Shown piece after piece: positions 59,462 through 64,000 of a stretch of DNA of 64,000 nucleotides (position 1 is the stretch's first letter; each line of letters begins with the position of its first letter). The stretch spans positions 324,019 to 388,018 of the forward strand of contig NIVC01000153.1 of NCBI GenBank assembly GCA_002269645.1, in the 5' to 3' direction. The position numbers were made by a program, and so were the translations under genes. The notes beneath the pieces were generated by a model, which saw nothing but the letters and a program-made list of their open reading frames with translations, was not told the DNA's origin and ran no database searches. The stretch comes from Macrostomum lignano. Lineage: Eukaryota.

Positions 59462-59505
59462 CCGAACCAAAGGTTCGAGGACTTTGTCCGTTTCCTATAG
59501 TAAAA

Positions 59506-59712
59506 ATGGGTAATCGAACAACATGTTCGCGTGCAAAGCACGATAATAATAATTTAATAAAAAAACAATCAGAAAAAGTTAAAAAAGCTGAAGATAATTA
59601 CGAACTAGAACTAGCAAAATTAAGGCAGTTACAAGCTGATAAAATAAGAAAGGAATTGTTAAAACCCACACCTACGAAACTAACTAAAACCAAGAGTTTT
59701 TCAGGAACATAA
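59506..59712 (+). CDS. Small basic viral protein (68 aa; starts MG)
   Basis: Intact ORF with AAAAATG start and a coiled-coil-like segment. Confidence 0.5.
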   Translation: MGNRTTCSRAKHDNNNLIKKQSEKVKKAEDNYELELAKLRQLQADKIRKELLKPTPTKLTKTKSFSGT

Positions 59713-59713
59713 A

Positions 59714-60153
59714 ATGACCATGACGTGGGATGATTTTAAACAAAGATATGGAACGGACACAACAAGCAATATCGAATTAACAAATTGGGCGAGGCAGTTA
59801 AAAATAAAACCATTCAGATGTGTTATGCGAGATGAGATCAAAGACTTACCACAATATGGATGTTTCATTGTTAATATTGAAACAACAAAAGAAAATGGTG
59901 TTCATTGGTCAGCAGTTTATTCAAAACCAAACTTGTTTATTTTTTTGATTCATACGCGCTTCCTCCGTTACAGGAAATAAAAGACAAATTTAATCATACT
60001 AAAAATCGTTTATGTGGAGATCATCACGAACAATTTCAAACATTTGAAAAAGTTATTGCGGGCAAGCGGCGTTGTATTTTTATATATCGACTTTCGAATG
60101 AAGCTCGTGTAAACCCCGAAGTATTTAAGACTATTTTAGACTCTATAAAATAG
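59714..60153 (+). CDS. Adenain-like cysteine protease (frameshifted)
   Basis: NIE..KENGVHWSAV (His), YFFDSYALPP (Asp), Q.QTFEKVI. Adding one T at about 60056 gives VICGQ (catalytic Cys; inference). Confidence 0.8.
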
Positions 60154-60163
60154 ACAGTAAAAA

Positions 60164-62207
60164 ATGTTATTTTCTGGAACACCCTCATGGAACGGAACAA
60201 CAAGTAGTGGCGGTGGTGGCACATCTGGTGGAATAAGTGTTACATTTGGAGATAATCGATATATTAATGAAGATGAAGGTTATAAAAAAAGTGAAGTTGA
60301 TACTAAACTAAATTTAAAAAGAAATGTTGCAGATTCCTATACTAAAACTCAAATAGATGATTCACTAAATCTGAAACGGAACGTAGCCGATTCTTATACC
60401 AAAACCGAAGTTGATAATTCATTAAATTTAAAACGCAATACAGCCGATTCTTATACCAAAACCGAAGTTGATAATTCATTAAATTTAAAACGCAATACAG
60501 CCGATTCTTATACCAAAACCGAAGTTGATAATTCATTAAATTTGAAACGGAACGTAGCCGATTCTTATACCAAAACCGAAGTTGATAATGGATTAAATTT
60601 AAAAAGAGATGTAACTGATTCTTATTCTCGAACTGATTCTGATTCACGTTATGTTCAAACCACCGCAACCGGAAACCTAGATATGAGCAACAACCGAATT
60701 ATAAATGTTTCAATTACAACTAGTGATTCAGTGGTTGATAAGAACTATGTCGATAATCAAGTTGCCACTCGTAGTGGTAATATTAATATGAATAATTTTA
60801 AATTAACAAATTTATTATTTGGAACAGATAACGCAGACTCGATAACTCTAGGCCAAGTAAATGAGCGAGCTAATGCAACCGACGCCGATATTTTTACCAC
60901 GCCGCTTACATCAAATACTTCAAATCCTGATGTTGTTCTTACAGCATCTGAAAATGGCAACACAGCTTTTCGAGTTGGAGATGGAAGCCTTGCGACACAA
61001 TGGTCACCAAATACCGGAACCACAACCAATATGGAAATTCAATTTGAATTTTTAGGTTATAATAGAAGAATATTTGAATTAAGAATTACAGGCAGTGAAA
61101 CAATTGAGATACCCTCGGGTGGTCGGTTCGCGCAAAAAATGTTGCTACCGATTCATGGACGACATTAACTACGTCGGGATCACCAGTTCAAGCAACATCA
61201 TTTGCTCTATCTAATTTAACGACTAATTTTTGGAAATATTATAGCGTATTCTTCCCAACTGGTGGTACCGGTACACAACCTATCGAGGTTCGTCAAATAC
61301 AATTATTTGAACACCGTGTTGAAATTCAAGATCTTAATTGGCCAACTCAAATACTTTCTGCAGTTCCGCGAGCGTACGTAGATCAGCTAGCTACTCCAAC
61401 ATCAAATGGTAGAATGTCTGGAAGCGATAAAAATAAATTGGATGGAATACCTGCTATTGATGCGGCCTTGTTCGAACCAGTAATTTGTAATTGGTCTGGA
61501 TATCAAAATCCAACAACCGCCGGAGATATATATCCAGTCGGTTCTTTAATTGGTGACGCTTCTTATATCGATTATCAAAATGGAGCTAGAATTACTCGTG
61601 AAACCGCAGTGTAAGTGGGCTTTACAATTCAATTTCACACATTTTCAAAATATATCTGCGTCTTTCTTTTTCCGAGTTGCTAATGCTACAGGAGATGGTG
61701 CAGATGCGGTTTGGTTTTATGCATACTGTCACCAACGTCCAACATCGGAATTTGGACTGGATTATCAACCGACGCCGGATTGATAGTTTTTGCAAGTGAG
61801 TGGCATGATAGGTTTGGAGTTGTTTGGAGTAATAAAAAATCAGACGGATCTACGGTTCGTAACGATGTTAGTAGTGATGCGGATCAAACTGTAGCCTATG
61901 CTAATATTGATAACGGCATTGGCATTTATTTGAAGTTAATATTTTAAATCAAAGGGTTTGGTACCGATTACAGTCATACAATGTTGCTGGTGATTCTTTT
62001 ACCCTCATTGGACAGAACGTTTTCACATATGATAGTGGAACTTGGGGAACTTTAGATAAATCTGGAACCCTTATGGGTTTTGGTGCTCGAACTGGTGGAG
62101 CGGATGCTGCACATTTTATTCGTGGTGCAGTTGTATGTGGTAGTACGTCGTTTGGTTATGTTTTTCCCTCTACTGCTTATTTGGAAAAACCTCCTACTCA
62201 AATATAA
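60164..62207 (+). CDS. Fibre/spike-like protein: 19-aa repeats, DM.N..I.N repeats, discoidin-like segment, SNGRMSGSDKNKLDGI motif, C-terminal L-type lectin/ConA-like domain; several frameshifts
   Basis: DSYTKTEVDNSLNLKRN(V/T)A x6-7; GDGSLATQWSP; GDGADAVWFY; GFGARTGGADAAHFIR, read across the frame changes. Confidence 0.72.
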
Positions 62208-62238
62208 AATATTTATATATAAAATATTTATATATAAA

Positions 62239-62565
62239 ATGGCTTTTAGTAGAACTCCATCGATGCGGCAAAATAATGTTATTATTCCTATTCCTAAACA
62301 AGAATCAAATATAAAAACATTCAAATCTCATACCAAATTTTTATTTAGTACTGTAAATGTTCAGGATAATAAGAAGCTTCAAGAATTAATTAAGTTATTA
62401 AAAAATCATATTATACTTCAAGAGTTTTGGAAAATAGGATTTAAATGGGAGAAAAAAGAAAGAATCACTCCAATACAATACCTATTGAGCTCGGGACAAA
62501 TCCCCAAAGAGCGCGGGGAATTCATTTTGGTGCTATTAAAAATAGACGAGAATGTCGGTATCTGA
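62239..62565 (+). CDS. Viral hypothetical protein (108 aa from the AAAATG start)
   Basis: Open frame with the element-typical start context. Confidence 0.5.
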   Translation: MAFSRTPSMRQNNVIIPIPKQESNIKTFKSHTKFLFSTVNVQDNKKLQELIKLLKNHIILQEFWKIGFKWEKKERITPIQYLLSSGQIPKERGEFILVLLKIDENVGI

Positions 62566-62860
62566 AGCAGATAAATGGGAACGCGACCGGTTCAACCAAC
62601 GTAAAGGTCAGATGTTAAGTAATGTTGATCGAATAAATTATGATTATGATTTATATGCTAAAAAAGTAAGAAGAGTTTCAAACCATATAAGAAATATGGA
62701 CTTTTTCAATATTGGATTTGGAAGCTTATCAATGTTATGTGTAATCGTTTTAGGTATTTTACAATCTATTCCAACTCTTAATTTATCTCAATTATTTTTA
62801 GGTATTTCAATTGGCTCAATATCAGGTTTTGAATTGATCAGAACTTATCAATACTTTTAG
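62552..62860 (+). CDS. Viral two-TM membrane protein (102 aa)
   Basis: Two hydrophobic segments (FFNIGFGSLSMLCVIVLGIL; LFLGISIGSISGFELI). Confidence 0.6.
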   Translation: MSVSEADKWERDRFNQRKGQMLSNVDRINYDYDLYAKKVRRVSNHIRNMDFFNIGFGSLSMLCVIVLGILQSIPTLNLSQLFLGISIGSISGFELIRTYQYF

Positions 62861-62910
62861 CAATTAAATTATATCTTAAAAAAGAAAGGAAAAATATAAA
62901 TCATTAAGAG

Positions 62911-63189
62911 ATGTTGCCAAGCAATATAAAAATCAAGTTATATTTATATGTGCAAAAAATATTGGATGACGGAGAGATAACGATTCATGAATTATCAACC
63001 GCGGTTGAATTATATGAAAAATATTTAAAAGATAGAAATAGAATTTTAGATGTTGAAACTTTTACCGATATGGAATTAAAAGAGTTGAGACTCGATAAAC
63101 CCAAAGCTCCACCGATAGAAACATTAGGTATTTACGAACCGAAACTATTGCTACTGGGGCACAAAGCCCACGGTCAGGAAGTGCGGTAG
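62911..63189 (+). CDS. Viral hypothetical protein (92 aa)
   Basis: Intact ORF; ILDDGEITIHEL resembles segments in small Maverick ORFs (unverified). Confidence 0.45.
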   Translation: MLPSNIKIKLYLYVQKILDDGEITIHELSTAVELYEKYLKDRNRILDVETFTDMELKELRLDKPKAPPIETLGIYEPKLLLLGHKAHGQEVR

Positions 63190-63393
63190 AACTTCAGGTT
63201 GTTTAGTTTTTCTAATGCATATGTTATATATTCTTCCCAAAGTGGTAACTCTCTTCTGATCCTAGGTTTAAATTTTTTATCAATACATAAAAATTCCAAT
63301 GACTTTTTCAATAACATTTCGTTAGGTATGTTACCTATCCTTATAAACTTTGTATTCTCTCGAATAAGAAAATTGAAATAATATCCAACTAAA

Positions 63394-63684
63394 TTAAAAT
63401 CCTTTCGAGTCTTTCGAACTTAATCCCTTTCCTTTATTTAAATGGAAAAAGTTATTATATAAATAAACATTATTTCCGGGAATTAAAATTGGATCAGAAA
63501 TGTCTCTTGTAAGATTTCTTAAAATTGTGTTTTTAAAATAGTAATATGAGTTTTCAATCTTTTTTGTTTTTTCAAATTGATATATTTTAGAACATGAATA
63601 ACACATATGATATATATCTCCGTTTGCTGTTTGCCCTCTGTGCATAGTCACATTACATTTATTACAAACATAAATGTCTTTCAT
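63394..63684 (-). CDS. Viral zinc-ribbon protein (CNKC...CYSC, 96 aa)
   Basis: Two CxxC pairs and an AAAATG start. Confidence 0.55.
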   Translation of the reverse strand: MKDIYVCNKCNVTMHRGQTANGDIYHMCYSCSKIYQFEKTKKIENSYYYFKNTILRNLTRDISDPILIPGNNVYLYNNFFHLNKGKGLSSKDSKGF

Positions 63685-63710
63685 TTTTTTGTTATTTTTT
63701 TAGATTAAAA

Positions 63711-64000
63711 ATGGAGAGCTGGTTCAAAACCGATTCTAATGTGATTAATTATCTCACACCCAATATGTTGGAGAATAAAGAATATAATATTATATGTTTG
63801 AGACAGGTTAAATTTATTGGGCTTCAATCAATATTTTTACAATTAGATGGCGCAAAAATTTTATGTCTAAGCGGAGATGATGTTAAAAATTTTCCTGTTT
63901 TAGTTATTAATAAACCTAAAGCGTTTGTTATGAAATACTGCAACGAGGGTGGATTGCAATTTAAACTAAAACAAACAAATAATAAAAAGAGTGATAGGAC
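63711..64000 (+). CDS. Viral ORF, truncated by the window end (MESWFKTDSNVINYL...)
   Basis: AAAAATG start and a frame open to the end of the window. Confidence 0.5.
   Translation, partial: MESWFKTDSNVINYLTPNMLENKEYNIICLRQVKFIGLQSIFLQLDGAKILCLSGDDVKNFPVLVINKPKAFVMKYCNEGGLQFKLKQTNNKKSDR

Larger units (their letters stand above)
52569..64000. mobile_element. Endogenous Maverick/Polinton (adintovirus-like) virus, left part; continues beyond the window
   Basis: AGTAGT terminus, abrupt shift to AT-rich gene-dense DNA without spliceosomal introns, rve integrase, PLA2, capsid, ATPase, penton, protease and fibre genes. Confidence 0.93.

Noticed and set aside
52569-64000. Bacterial prophage or contamination
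   Set aside because: The gene set (rve integrase, double jelly-roll capsid, adenain, A32 ATPase, AGTAGT end) is Polinton-type, and there are no Shine-Dalgarno patterns. A chimeric assembly join cannot be excluded without reads.

Overview
Eukaryotic (animal) nuclear DNA: GC-rich spliceosomal exons separated by AT-rich introns packed with mini/microsatellites and SINEs. The style suggests an invertebrate such as a flatworm (inference only). Host genes in 1-52.5 kb: an SLC6 sodium:neurotransmitter symporter (+), SNX13 (+), a Sel1-repeat membrane protein (-), ANKEF1 (-), neutral ceramidase ASAH2 (-), and a SABATH/Methyltransf_7-type methyltransferase nested antisense in a ceramidase intron. There are also two TA-flanked Tc1/IS630 derivatives and two SINE families. 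From 52569 to the window end lies an AT-rich endogenous Maverick/Polinton (adintovirus-like) virus: AGTAGT terminus, PLA2-integrase, HNH nuclease, major and minor capsid, packaging ATPase, protease and fibre; polB is not in the window. Key discovery: the viral PLA2-integrase gene is interrupted in the conserved NFTG|PGT Ca-binding loop by a 303-nt subgroup IC1 group I intron (54608-54910, minus strand). Its P1-P10 structure can be paired by eye, with compensatory changes in P7 and an unusual terminal A in place of omega-G. A free-standing HNH/EndoVII-like gene overlaps the 5' end of the same gene, suggesting collaborative homing. A covarying double-hairpin motif recurs at viral gene junctions. 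Almost all viral frameshifts are short deletions in homopolymers, so the provirus may be intact.
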